This document shows, one piece after another, positions 17,706 to 27,306 of a stretch of 62,519 nt of DNA. The DNA is from Bacteroidales bacterium (GTDB lineage: Bacteria > Bacteroidota > Bacteroidia > Bacteroidales > WCHB1-69). The position numbers and the translations under genes are program-made. Within the stretch, counting starts at the first letter, position 1. Every line of letters begins with the position of its first letter. The stretch covers positions 1 through 62,519 of the forward strand of contig JAGCVQ010000070.1 of the NCBI GenBank assembly GCA_017962275.1, given 5' to 3'. Under the pieces are notes generated by a model. It had not been told where the DNA came from. It did no database searches and worked only from the letters and a program-made list of their open reading frames with translations.

Positions 17706-19361
17706 CTAATTACTAATTGCGAACGTCTCTTCGCTGTCCCAGTAGGCGCGGATGTTGATGTTGGTCGGGAAGTTGAACATCGTTTCCGGCTGGCGTTTGG
17801 TGCGGTAGTCGCCGGGGTCCCAACGGCAATTCCCATTCTCGTCGCAGAAGACACTGACGCGGTAAGTTCCAGGCTCCAAAAACGGGTAAGTGATTGTTTT
17901 TGAAAAGGTAAGGATATCCTCTTTCACAATTTTGTCGTTGCTCCACAAGGTCGCCACGTACTGTTTCCCATTGTCGGGAAGCTGGTAGTTCATGATCAGC
18001 GTGCCGTAGTCCTTCTCCGACTTGGTGGTGAATTGCGTTTTCAAGGTGTCATTCGTAAGATTATTATAACCGTAAAACACCGAATCGGGAATCATCACCG
18101 AGTAGCTCTTCTTTTCCGTAACCGTCATCGGCAAAGGCAGTTGCATCGTAAACGTATCAGGAACAGCATAATGATATACGGAGGTATCCTTGCGGTCCTG
18201 TTGCTGCGAATAGACCCACACGCTGAAGGTGTCGGTCGGGCGGACAGGATACGAAAACTGCAATGTCAGCGGCAGATGGTACTCGCCGGCATTCGCGAAA
18301 CTCACCGTCAATTTAGGTGCTTTCTGCTGACCACGACGACCGCCGGACGACTTTTCCTTATACGGCGTGATTTTCACCGTATCAACGTGATTATCAGCAT
18401 TAAAAAAGTAAACCACCGTATCCGACAATGGGCTTTTGAGATACCACGTGACGGTATCGCGAGTACTGTTTATCTGCTGAAAATAATCCAAAGAGGTTGA
18501 CTCCGGGGTAGCCGAAAAATCAATGAAACGATGTTTATAGGGGAACTTATAGACCCCTGCCGCGGGATTCTCAAAGCGGGAAAGCACCTGCACGGAATCC
18601 TCGCCGGCAAACGCCATGAGGGTGACGAACGGCAACTCCGCCTTCAACGAATCGGCTGCGGTGTCCGGCAAGGCACGGACGGCTGTGACCAACTCCTCCT
18701 GGAACGCAACCTCCTCGTTGGGCAGGTCGAAACGGAAGTTGGCGTTGATGTCCTTGAGGGCGAAAATCTTGTAGTCGCCAGGGGCGATATTCTTCAGCAG
18801 AAAACTGCCGTCCGCAAGGGATTTGGTGACATAATTCGGCAATGTGGTCAGCGGAAGCGAGTCTTCATTGTCCCGGAAGAGCAGCACAAAGAAGTCCTTG
18901 GCGGGCGCGAGCGTCTTGGCATCGAGGATGGTGCCGCGAATCATATAATCGTCCAAGCTGTCGCCCGTGGAAAAGCCGTAGTGGAAATAGTTCAGCACAT
19001 TGCCCTCGTGGAAATCCTTGATGCAATCGGAGAAGACCATGTTGTAGGTAGTATTCGCCCGCAACGTGTCTTTAAACTTGATAACCAGCGACTTGCCCTT
19101 GACGGTGTATTCCGGTTTCTCAGCCAATGGCGGCGAGATGAGTACATTTTCCGTCGGGTTGTTCACCGTGACGAACTCATCGAACCAGACACGGATGTGC
19201 TTCTCATTAAAGTTCACGGTACCATCGGCCGGCTCCACCTTCAACACCTTCGGCGGGGTCGTGTCCTTCGGTCCCCCCGTCGGGGTGGTGATTTTTGCGC
19301 ACCCAACACCCAGGAGTCCCAGGACAAACACTGTAATTGTCAAAAAGACGGTTTTTCGCAT
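17706..19361 (-). CDS. Ig-like (Big_5) domain lipoprotein
   Basis: Lipobox GVGCA..PTGGPKDTTPP, FDEFV; conserved Bacteroidota family; start MRKTVF. Confidence 0.8.
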   Translation of the reverse strand: MRKTVFLTITVFVLGLLGVGCAKITTPTGGPKDTTPPKVLKVEPADGTVNFNEKHIRVWFDEFVTVNNPTENVLISPPLAEKPEYTVKGKSLVIKFKDTLRANTTYNMVFSDCIKDFHEGNVLNYFHYGFSTGDSLDDYMIRGTILDAKTLAPAKDFFVLLFRDNEDSLPLTTLPNYVTKSLADGSFLLKNIAPGDYKIFALKDINANFRFDLPNEEVAFQEELVTAVRALPDTAADSLKAELPFVTLMAFAGEDSVQVLSRFENPAAGVYKFPYKHRFIDFSATPESTSLDYFQQINSTRDTVTWYLKSPLSDTVVYFFNADNHVDTVKITPYKEKSSGGRRGQQKAPKLTVSFANAGEYHLPLTLQFSYPVRPTDTFSVWVYSQQQDRKDTSVYHYAVPDTFTMQLPLPMTVTEKKSYSVMIPDSVFYGYNNLTNDTLKTQFTTKSEKDYGTLIMNYQLPDNGKQYVATLWSNDKIVKEDILTFSKTITYPFLEPGTYRVSVFCDENGNCRWDPGDYRTKRQPETMFNFPTNINIRAYWDSEETFAISN

Positions 19362-19396
19362 CTCGTAATTTTTGAGGCGGCAAAGGTACAAAAATT

Positions 19397-19445
19397 GTAG
19401 AGACGCAATTTTTTGTTGTAGAGACGCAAAATTTTGCGTCTCTAC
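19397..19445. repeat. Partial plus full GTAG palindrome
   Basis: GTAGAGACGCAAAATTTTGCGTCTCTAC at 19418-19445, half copy at 19397. Confidence 0.85.
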
Positions 19446-19573
19446 AACACAGGGGTAAGTCTGACAACGGCTTGTGAAAGTAAAATAGAAAAAAAAAGGA
19501 TGTGATTGTCTGAATTAGAAATAATTGTGTAATTTTGCCGCATGAATTATGGAAAATGATGCCTATACCTATT

Positions 19574-20251
19574 ATGGACGAAATAAAAGTCATCGAAATC
19601 AAGAAAAGTGTCTTTGCAGACAATGAAAAGGATGCAGATGCATTGCGTGCAGAACTGAAACAGAAAGGAGTGTTTCTCCTGAACCTGATGTCCGCGCCCG
19701 GGAGTGGCAAGACGACAACGCTTATCCAACTGATTAACAGAATTAAGGACAAAGTCCGCGTGGCCGTTATGGAGGCCGACATCGACAGCGATGTGGATGC
19801 CGTGAAAATCAAGGAGGCCACTGGCGTGCCGTCCATCCAACTCCATACCGGCGGAATGTGCCATTTGGATGCGGAGATGACCCGGCAGGGACTCGACAAC
19901 ATAAAGACCGGGGATATGGACCTGGTGATTCTCGAAAATGTCGGCAATCTCGTCTGCCCTGCCGAGTTCGACACGGGAGCTACCCGCAACGCCATGATTC
20001 TCTCCGTTCCCGAAGGCGACGACAAACCCCTCAAGTACCCTCTCATGTTCACCGTCTGCGACCTCGTCATCATCAACAAGACCGACACCCTACCCTACTT
20101 CGATTTCGACATGGATAAATGTCGCACGAACATCCTCAAGCGCAACCCCAACGCCGAAATCATCCCCATCTCCGCTAAGACCGGCGACGGTCTCGACACC
20201 CTCGCCGAATGGCTCCTTCACGAAGTCAACTCCTTAAACCCTAAACTATAA
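19574..20251 (+). CDS. hypB: Hydrogenase/urease nickel incorporation GTPase HypB
   Basis: SAPGSGKTT, GGMCHLDA, ENVGNLVCPAEFD, EGDDKPLKYP, NKTD. Confidence 0.92.
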   Translation: MDEIKVIEIKKSVFADNEKDADALRAELKQKGVFLLNLMSAPGSGKTTTLIQLINRIKDKVRVAVMEADIDSDVDAVKIKEATGVPSIQLHTGGMCHLDAEMTRQGLDNIKTGDMDLVILENVGNLVCPAEFDTGATRNAMILSVPEGDDKPLKYPLMFTVCDLVIINKTDTLPYFDFDMDKCRTNILKRNPNAEIIPISAKTGDGLDTLAEWLLHEVNSLNPKL

Positions 20252-20262
20252 ACCACAAGCCC

Positions 20263-23109
20263 ATGCCTGAAATGTCCACCAAGTTTGTCCCGAAGCACAA
20301 AGGAGACAAGAACCCGAACCCCAAGTTAATCAAATTCGTCCGTCACGTCACGGACCGCGTCCCCGGTAAAATCAAGATGACTACCGATGCCCCAGAATAT
20401 TGGGGGCTCGCCTGCATCTTCGAGGATGAGATGGACGCTGTAACCCGAGAGGCCTCGCTGGATCTGCTCCTCGACATGCTCCCGGGCAATTTCTTCAAGG
20501 TGAGAGAGCATCACAGTTATGCTGAGCTCCATGAGTGGAACGCCAAGAAACATTATACCCCAGACGACAAGTCATTCGATGAACTGCTCGACAGATTAGC
20601 GTTCTTCGGCATGCTGGAATACGACTACGGTGACAAATACACCAAAGAGGGTCCTGTCCCCGGCACCTCGTTTGAGCGCGAGGCCCGCATCTATTGGGTG
20701 CCGATGTTCGTGCCTGGAAGTGCCGAATACACCAATATGAACGTGGAACTGATGGACAAGCATCCTGAATTGGCCATGTTCTTCGAAAGGATGACGTTCC
20801 TGCCATTGGAGAAGGTCACCCCGATGGTTCCGATGGGTGGTTCCGGTATCGGCATGCACGTCATTCCTGTAGAGAAAGCCATCTCCATGGAAAACCAAAC
20901 GGCTGACATTGAGCATATTTCCTACTGGCTCAAACGCTACGAGGGTCATTTGGCGGTCGGCATCTGCAGTTGCCGATATGGCCGCAAGAAACTCGAAGAG
21001 GGATGTGCCGATGACTACCGCGACTGGTGTATCGGCGTGGGCGACATGGCCGAATACTTGGTTGAGACCAACCGCGGCCACTATATCACCTATGACGAGG
21101 CGATGGCCATCTTAAAAAAGGCTGAGGATCACGGCTTCGTGCATCAGGTGACCAACATCGACGGCGAGGGCAAGATTTTCGCCATCTGCAATTGCAACGT
21201 AAAGATCTGCAATGCCTTACGTACTTCCCAACTCTTCAACACTCCAAACCTCTCGCGTAGTGCCTACGTGGCGAAGGTCGAACCCGCAAACTGCGTGGCT
21301 TGCGGTCGTTGCGTGGAATACTGTCCCGCCGGAGCCGTCCGTTTGGGACAAAAACTCTGCACCAAACATGGCGAGCAGACCTATCCCAAACAGGAGTTGC
21401 CCGATGCCAAGAAGTGGGGGCCGGAGAAGTGGGACGAAGACTACCGCGACAAGAACCGCATCAACTGTTACCCGACGGGGACGGCACCCTGCAAGACGGC
21501 TTGTCCGGCGCATATTGCCGTGCAGGGTTATCTAAAGAAGGCTGCGGAAGGCAAATATACGGAGGCTTTGGAGCTGATCAAGCGAGAGAACCCGTTCCCA
21601 GCCGTGTGCGGGCGCGTATGCAACCGACGCTGTGAGGATGCCTGCACGCGCGGCACCATCGACCAGCCCATTGCCATCGATGCGGTGAAGAAGTTCATCG
21701 CCGAACAAGATCTGAAGGCAGAGACCCGCTTCGTGCCGGAGGTGAACATCTGCTCCAACGTGCAGCAGCACTGGGAAGAGAAAATTGCCATTATCGGCGG
21801 CGGCCCGGCCGGGCTGAGCTGCGCATACTACCTCGCCACGATGGGTTACAAACCCACTGTTTTCGAAAAAAACGAAATTCCGGGCGGTATGCTCCAATAC
21901 GGTATTCCGTCTTATAAACTGGACAAAGCGGTCGTCAAAGCCGAAATTGACATCATGCGCGAAATAGGCGTGGACATCCACACCGGCGTGGAAGTCGGCA
22001 AAGACATCACCATACAACAATTGAGAGAACAGGGCTACAAAGGATTCTACGTAGCCATCGGCTGCCAGGGCAGCAAATTGCCGGGTATCACGGGCGAAAC
22101 GCTTCCGGGCACCACCACCGCCATCGATTTCCTACGAAAGGCGAATTGTGGTGAGTTGTCCGTAGAGACGCAAAATTTTGCGTCTCTACACGTGGTCGTG
22201 GTCGGTGGCGGCAACGTAGCCATTGACGCGGCCCGCGTGGCCAAACGCGGCGGTGCCACAACCGTCACCATGCTCTCATTGGAGACCGAAGACATCATGC
22301 CCGCATCGTTGGAAGAGCGCCGCGAAGCCCGCGAAGACGGTGTCGTCATCAATCCCGGCTGGGGCCCGAAAGAGGTGCTGGGCACCGACAAGGTCTCCGG
22401 CATCGTCTTCAAAAAATGTACTACCGTGTATGACGCGGAGAAACGATTCTCCCCGCAATATGATGAAAACGAGACTATCACACTTGACGCCGATTTGGTC
22501 ATCTTCGCCATCGGGCAGACAGTGGTGCTCAAAGATTTGCTCAAAGAGACCAAGGTGGAATTCGTGCGCGGGGTCTATCCGGTAGCTGACAAGCTGACGT
22601 ATCAGACTGCTGAGGAGGACATTTTCGTGGGCGGCGACTGTTTCACCGGCCCGAAATTCGCCATTGACGCGATTGCTGCCGGCAAAGAGGCCGCTGAATC
22701 ATTGCACCGTTTCGTCCAACATGGTCATCTCACCATCGGGCGCAACCGCCGCGATTTCATCGAACTCGACAAGGACGACATCGTGGTGGAGAGTTACGAC
22801 AATTCATCCCGCCAAATAGAGGGCATAAGCGAGCTGGAGGACAAATTCCGCGAATACACGCTCACGCTCACCGAAGAGCAAGTGCGCACCGAGACCGCCC
22901 GCTGCCTGGGTTGCGGTGCGTCGGTGGTGGACGAGAACCGCTGCATCGGCTGCGGCATCTGCACCACCAAATGCGCCTTTGATGCCATCCACCTCTTCCG
23001 CGAACATTCCGAAGCCAGCATCATGCGTACCTCCGAGGATAAGTTCAGCGGAATCCTTCCGTATATGCTCAAACGTACCGGAAAGATTATTTTTGGCAAG
23101 AATAAATAA
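20263..23109 (+). CDS. Multi-[4Fe-4S] FAD/NAD(P)-dependent oxidoreductase (GltD/NfnB-like core with ferredoxin domains)
   Basis: CVACGRCVEYCP; PCKTACP; CGRVCNRRCE; GGGPAG; GGGNVA; CIGCGICTTKC. Confidence 0.88.
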   Translation: MPEMSTKFVPKHKGDKNPNPKLIKFVRHVTDRVPGKIKMTTDAPEYWGLACIFEDEMDAVTREASLDLLLDMLPGNFFKVREHHSYAELHEWNAKKHYTPDDKSFDELLDRLAFFGMLEYDYGDKYTKEGPVPGTSFEREARIYWVPMFVPGSAEYTNMNVELMDKHPELAMFFERMTFLPLEKVTPMVPMGGSGIGMHVIPVEKAISMENQTADIEHISYWLKRYEGHLAVGICSCRYGRKKLEEGCADDYRDWCIGVGDMAEYLVETNRGHYITYDEAMAILKKAEDHGFVHQVTNIDGEGKIFAICNCNVKICNALRTSQLFNTPNLSRSAYVAKVEPANCVACGRCVEYCPAGAVRLGQKLCTKHGEQTYPKQELPDAKKWGPEKWDEDYRDKNRINCYPTGTAPCKTACPAHIAVQGYLKKAAEGKYTEALELIKRENPFPAVCGRVCNRRCEDACTRGTIDQPIAIDAVKKFIAEQDLKAETRFVPEVNICSNVQQHWEEKIAIIGGGPAGLSCAYYLATMGYKPTVFEKNEIPGGMLQYGIPSYKLDKAVVKAEIDIMREIGVDIHTGVEVGKDITIQQLREQGYKGFYVAIGCQGSKLPGITGETLPGTTTAIDFLRKANCGELSVETQNFASLHVVVVGGGNVAIDAARVAKRGGATTVTMLSLETEDIMPASLEERREAREDGVVINPGWGPKEVLGTDKVSGIVFKKCTTVYDAEKRFSPQYDENETITLDADLVIFAIGQTVVLKDLLKETKVEFVRGVYPVADKLTYQTAEEDIFVGGDCFTGPKFAIDAIAAGKEAAESLHRFVQHGHLTIGRNRRDFIELDKDDIVVESYDNSSRQIEGISELEDKFREYTLTLTEEQVRTETARCLGCGASVVDENRCIGCGICTTKCAFDAIHLFREHSEASIMRTSEDKFSGILPYMLKRTGKIIFGKNK
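22162..22189. repeat. 28-bp GTAG palindrome inside the oxidoreductase CDS (read as VETQNFASL)
   Basis: Identical to intergenic copies at 19418, 25721 and 42522. Confidence 0.92.
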
Positions 23110-23136
23110 GATGAAATCGTACCTTAAATATTAGGA

Positions 23137-23484
23137 ATGCACGAATTAGGTATCGTCTTTTACATCATCCGCGATGTCAAGAAAGTGGCGGAGGAAAACC
23201 ACGTGGAGCAAATATCCACGGTGGTGATGGATATCGGGGAGGTGTCAACGGTGGTGCCGCACCTGCTCACCGACTGCTGGAGATGGGCCGCCGACAAGGA
23301 GGAGATGCTCAAGGGCTGCGAACTGAAAGTAAACACCATCCCCGCCGTCACCTGGTGCGACGACTGCCACACCCAGTACGAAACGATAAAATTCGGCAAG
23401 ACCTGCCCGAATTGCCACAGCGAAAATACTTGGCTGCTGCGGGGCAATGAAGTCGAAATTCGCGAGATTCGTGTCGCAACGTGA
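23137..23484 (+). CDS. hypA: Nickel metallochaperone HypA
   Basis: MHE N-terminus, CDDC...CPNC zinc finger, GNE. Confidence 0.92.
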   Translation: MHELGIVFYIIRDVKKVAEENHVEQISTVVMDIGEVSTVVPHLLTDCWRWAADKEEMLKGCELKVNTIPAVTWCDDCHTQYETIKFGKTCPNCHSENTWLLRGNEVEIREIRVAT

Positions 23485-23547
23485 TTGTCTGTTTAACCCT
23501 TTAACCCTATAACCCTTTAACCCATAAACCTTAAACCCTAAACCAAT

Positions 23548-23892
23548 ATGTCCTGTTTTATAGTACCCATGGCGCAGGCGATAGTGACCAGCGCATACAG
23601 AAAAGTCAATGAAAAAGCCATTGAGACCACAGATTCGGCATTAAAAAAGCAGATTCCTGCACTAGAGAAGATGCTCTGGGGCGGCACCGTGTTGCTCATC
23701 GTGGATCACATCCTCAACGGCGAACTCACATGGCAGTACCCGTTCTTTACCGCATTAGACAGTTCAGGCGGCTTCTCCGTCATGCTCCGCGAAATGCTCA
23801 CCGTGGGTGTGCCTATGTCCCTCGTGCTCACAGGCATCTGGGCGGTCTGGGCCATTGCAAAGGCACGCAAAGCAATGAGCGGTTCATACTGA
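23548..23892 (+). CDS. Small membrane hypothetical protein
   Basis: Two hydrophobic segments; LWGG...DH...PFFTAL motif; operonic position. Confidence 0.7.
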   Translation: MSCFIVPMAQAIVTSAYRKVNEKAIETTDSALKKQIPALEKMLWGGTVLLIVDHILNGELTWQYPFFTALDSSGGFSVMLREMLTVGVPMSLVLTGIWAVWAIAKARKAMSGSY

Positions 23893-23926
23893 TCACTCAT
23901 TATTATCAAACCAAATAATAAGCACT

Positions 23927-25018
23927 ATGTTTTTCCAAGTTTATGGGGCTAACGCCCTGGCTCAGTGGGGAATGCTGCTCGTCGTCCTCGTGGGTCTCAT
24001 CCTGTTCAACGAGTTTGCCCGCCGCACCAAATTAGGCGGTGCCATCACCTTCTTCGTCATCCCAGTGATTCTGACGGTCTATTTCGTGGCCATCGCCATC
24101 GGGGCACGGACAGGCGCTGAGTGGGCCTTGACAAACCAGACGCATGTCTATATGAACGGTTGGTTCCACTATGCCAAACTCTACGCTGCCCTCACAGGCT
24201 GTATCGGCTTTATGATGATCAAATACAAATGGGGCATCGGTGCCAAGCACTGGTTCAAGCCGTTCCCGTTCATCATCGTGGCCATCAACATTCTGATTGC
24301 AGTCGCCTCCGATTTCGAATCGGCCATCATGGGCTGGAACAAGTGGTGGCTCTCCAGCGAAGGCGTGTGGCTCTACGGCGGCTGGCACAACGTGATGAAC
24401 GGCCTTGCCGGTATCCTCAACATCTTCTGTATGACCGCTTGGTGGAACGTTTTCCCGTCAAAAGACAAGAAAGACATGATCTGGGCCGACATGACCTGGG
24501 TTTTCATCGTGGTCTATGACATCTGGAACTTTGCCTACACGTACAACTGCCTGCCCACGCACTCATGGTACTGCGGTGTGGCATTGCTGCTCGCCCCCAC
24601 CATTGCGGCTCTGTTATGGAACCGTGGCGGCTGGATCCAGAACCGTGCCAACACACTGGCCATCTGGTGCATGTTCGCTCAAGTGTTCCCGCTCTTCCAA
24701 GAGACCTTCAAGGACGGTTTCCAGGCCTTTAAGTGGGCTGTGCTGCCTGTTCAATATCCCAACGGCATCGAGACCATCACGGAAATTTATGCCGCAGCTG
24801 GGGGAGAAGCCGCAGCTGTGGGTACCACTGTCGATACCGTGGCCGGCAATCCGACCATGATGACCGTAATAAGTGCCTTGGCTCTCATCACCAACATCAT
24901 TGCCCTGGGCTACATCATCGCCCAATCTAAGAAACGCCACATCAACCCGTACAAGGAGGATGTCTTCATCAACCAGAAGTACTACAAGGATGCTGTGGCA
25001 CGCGCTGACATGGAATAA
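23927..25018 (+). CDS. Polytopic Trp-rich membrane protein (DUF5692-like)
   Basis: WFHYAKLY, INILIAVASDFE, YDIWNFAYTYNC, WIQNRANTL recalled from DUF5692. Confidence 0.7.
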   Translation: MFFQVYGANALAQWGMLLVVLVGLILFNEFARRTKLGGAITFFVIPVILTVYFVAIAIGARTGAEWALTNQTHVYMNGWFHYAKLYAALTGCIGFMMIKYKWGIGAKHWFKPFPFIIVAINILIAVASDFESAIMGWNKWWLSSEGVWLYGGWHNVMNGLAGILNIFCMTAWWNVFPSKDKKDMIWADMTWVFIVVYDIWNFAYTYNCLPTHSWYCGVALLLAPTIAALLWNRGGWIQNRANTLAIWCMFAQVFPLFQETFKDGFQAFKWAVLPVQYPNGIETITEIYAAAGGEAAAVGTTVDTVAGNPTMMTVISALALITNIIALGYIIAQSKKRHINPYKEDVFINQKYYKDAVARADME

Positions 25019-25035
25019 TTGATTTACGGATTTTA

Positions 25036-25063
25036 GTAGAGACGCAAAATTTCGCGTCTCTAC
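25036..25063. repeat. GTAG palindrome
   Basis: GTAGAGACGCAAAATTTCGCGTCTCTAC. Confidence 0.85.
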
Positions 25064-25082
25064 GACACAGTACAAAACAAAT

Positions 25083-25117
25083 GCGAGCGTACCAATGTGG
25101 CACGCTCGCTCTTTTTT
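25083..25117 (+). terminator. Intrinsic terminator
   Basis: GCGAGCGT...ACGCTCGC + T run. Confidence 0.7.
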
Positions 25118-25136
25118 GTATAATCTCAAACCAGAT

Positions 25137-25646
25137 TTACCAATTCACAAACGCCTTGTTGAAGATGTCATCGGTAAGGGCGTCGGTGATGTCCGCGACA
25201 AGGCCGGCCTCCACGCTGCTGAGGTTCTGCGAACTGTAATAGTCGGCATAACGCGAGAAACTCTGGTCGAAGTTCAGACTCTCGTCGAACTTGTTATAGA
25301 AGCGCACCCGCACCGTGATGGTCAGACGGTTCATAGCGGGCGTGTCGTTGCTCTGGATGGCCGCCGGATTCACCGTGTAGCCCGTAATCTCACCCTCCAT
25401 GGTGTAATCGCCGTCATTGTCCACGATGGTGAGCGGCGTCTGACCCTGGATCTTGTCTTTGAGCGCGGTGGTGAATGTCTGGCTCAGCGTCGGGTTGATG
25501 AGCGTGGCGTTGTTCGGGAAGGTGGTGATGGCCACGGTCTTCGCCCGCGCATCCACCGTGCCGCCGGTCAGGGAGACGGACATGCGGCAGCCGGCCAATA
25601 ATATCGCCAAGGTCACTATGCCATATTTAATGTGTCTATGCATCAT
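25137..25646 (-). CDS. lptE: LptE-family lipoprotein
   Basis: Lipobox LAGC; EGEITGY, RLTITVRV, DIFN...NW; downstream of a sigma54 activator as commonly seen in Bacteroidota. Confidence 0.75.
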   Translation of the reverse strand: MMHRHIKYGIVTLAILLAGCRMSVSLTGGTVDARAKTVAITTFPNNATLINPTLSQTFTTALKDKIQGQTPLTIVDNDGDYTMEGEITGYTVNPAAIQSNDTPAMNRLTITVRVRFYNKFDESLNFDQSFSRYADYYSSQNLSSVEAGLVADITDALTDDIFNKAFVNW

Positions 25647-25687
25647 TCTTACGTATCTTTGTCATTCTTCGCTGTCTTCGGAATCCT

Positions 25688-25862
25688 CCCCATGGCGGCC
25701 TTCGGCCTTATGGGGGGCTTGTAGAGACGCAAAATTTTGCGTCTCTACCCCGTGCGTCTTGCCTCTCCGAGGAGTGCTCACGCCCCACATTACGCTCCTA
25801 CGTCGCTCATGTGGGGTTAATTGCACTTCGTGCGTCTTGTCCCTCCGGGACTGCTCAAGGAA
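25688..25862 (-). repeat. Tandem REP-A units with nested GTAG palindrome (25721-25748)
   Basis: Sequence similarity with 827-904 (reverse complement). Confidence 0.85.
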
Positions 25863-25935
25863 GTGGTTTAGATTATAATTGGGTCTTACGTTTCCCATAC
25901 TTAACTGCTAACTGCTAACTGCTAACTACTAACTG

Positions 25936-27159
25936 CTAACTAATTCCGTATTCCTTGATTTTCCGATACAGTGTCCGTTCCGAGATGCCCAGTTCCTGCG
26001 CGGCGAGCTTGCGATTGTCCTTGTTGCGGCGGAGGGCGGCGATGATGGCCTGCTTCTCCAAGCCTTCCATGGAATAGTCCGCATCCTCGATAACCTCGGA
26101 GTCGTCATATTGCTCGGGTTCCGGACCGTGGTGCTCGTGGGCCGTCACCAACGGGTACTGCCCGTCGGCAGGGACGGCGTTGTCGGGAAGCACGTGGTGA
26201 TGGTGCGCACCCGAAACGTACATCTGCGGATTCTGGGTCAGCTGCGCGACCGTGACCTTCAATTCCTGCACCTCGCGCTGGAGCTCAGCAATGAACTTGA
26301 AGACGATCTCGCGCTGCATGTTGTCCTGACGCTCGCTGTCGGTGGGCATCACCGCCGGCAGATTCGAGCCGACGGGACCGGTAAGATAGGGCTTCAACGT
26401 CTCGGCATCTATCAACCGTTCTTTCTCTATGATGGAGATCTGCTCAGTGACGTTCTTAAGTTGGCGCACGTTGCCAGGCCAGCGGTAGGCACGCAACATG
26501 GCCTGCGCCTCCTCGGTGAGGGAGATGGTCGGGACGTGGTACTTGTCGGAGAAATCGGCGGCGAACTTGACGAACAGGGGGTAGATGTCGCCGGGACGCT
26601 CACGCAGCGCGGGCACGCGGATCGGCACCGAGTTGAGACGGTAGTAGAGGTCCTCGCGGAACTTGCCCTTGGCGATGCGGTCGGCAATGTTGACGTTGGT
26701 GGCGGCCACCACCCGCACGTTGGTCTTCATCACCTTGGAGGAACCCACACGGATGTACTCTCCCGTCTCCAGCACGCGCAGCAGACGCACCTGCGTGGAA
26801 AGCGGCAGGTCGGCGACCTCGTCGAGGAAGAGCGTGCCGCCGTCAGCCTCCTCGAAATAACCTTTGCGGGAATCGACAGCTCCCGTGAACGCACCCTTCT
26901 CGTGACCGAAAAGCTCCGAATCTATCGTGCCCTCCGGGATGGCTCCGCAGTTCACCGCGATGTAGGTTTTCGTCTTGCGCGGCGAGTAGGCGTGGATGAT
27001 CTTCGGCACCGACTCCTTGCCGGAACCGCTCTCACCGGTCACCAGCACCGACAGGTCGGTCACGGCCACCTGCATGGCCACGTCGATGACATGATCCAAC
27101 GCGGGGTCGAACCCGATGATGCCGAAACGGCGCTTGACATTATTGATGTTTTCGTTCAT
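25936..27159 (-). CDS. Sigma-54-dependent Fis-family transcriptional regulator
   Basis: GESGSGKE, ELFGHEKGAFTGA, LFLDE, WPGNVRQL, C-terminal HTH. Confidence 0.93.
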   Translation of the reverse strand: MNENINNVKRRFGIIGFDPALDHVIDVAMQVAVTDLSVLVTGESGSGKESVPKIIHAYSPRKTKTYIAVNCGAIPEGTIDSELFGHEKGAFTGAVDSRKGYFEEADGGTLFLDEVADLPLSTQVRLLRVLETGEYIRVGSSKVMKTNVRVVAATNVNIADRIAKGKFREDLYYRLNSVPIRVPALRERPGDIYPLFVKFAADFSDKYHVPTISLTEEAQAMLRAYRWPGNVRQLKNVTEQISIIEKERLIDAETLKPYLTGPVGSNLPAVMPTDSERQDNMQREIVFKFIAELQREVQELKVTVAQLTQNPQMYVSGAHHHHVLPDNAVPADGQYPLVTAHEHHGPEPEQYDDSEVIEDADYSMEGLEKQAIIAALRRNKDNRKLAAQELGISERTLYRKIKEYGIS

Positions 27160-27181
27160 ATCTCTATCTTCTTTCGTCTAT

Positions 27182-27306
27182 GCCCCCACACTGCAGCTTC
27201 GCCTTGTGTGGGGTTATCTTACCACCCCGCCCTTCGGGCACCCCTCCAAAGGAGGGGAATTGGGGTTACCCGTAACTGCTAACTACTAACTGCTAACTGC
27301 TAACTA
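27182..27306 (-). repeat. REP-A half, CCCCTCC..GGAGGGG element and (GTTAGYA)n array
   Basis: CCCCACACTGCAGCTTCGCCTTGTGTGGGG; CCCCGCCCTTCGGGCACCCCTCCAAAGGAGGGG (similar at ~29777); TAACTGC/TAACTAC repeats. Confidence 0.8.

Noticed and set aside
20263-23109. Calling the oxidoreductase a hydrogenase or glutamate synthase
   Set aside because: No NiFe or H-cluster motifs recognised and no adjacent gltB.
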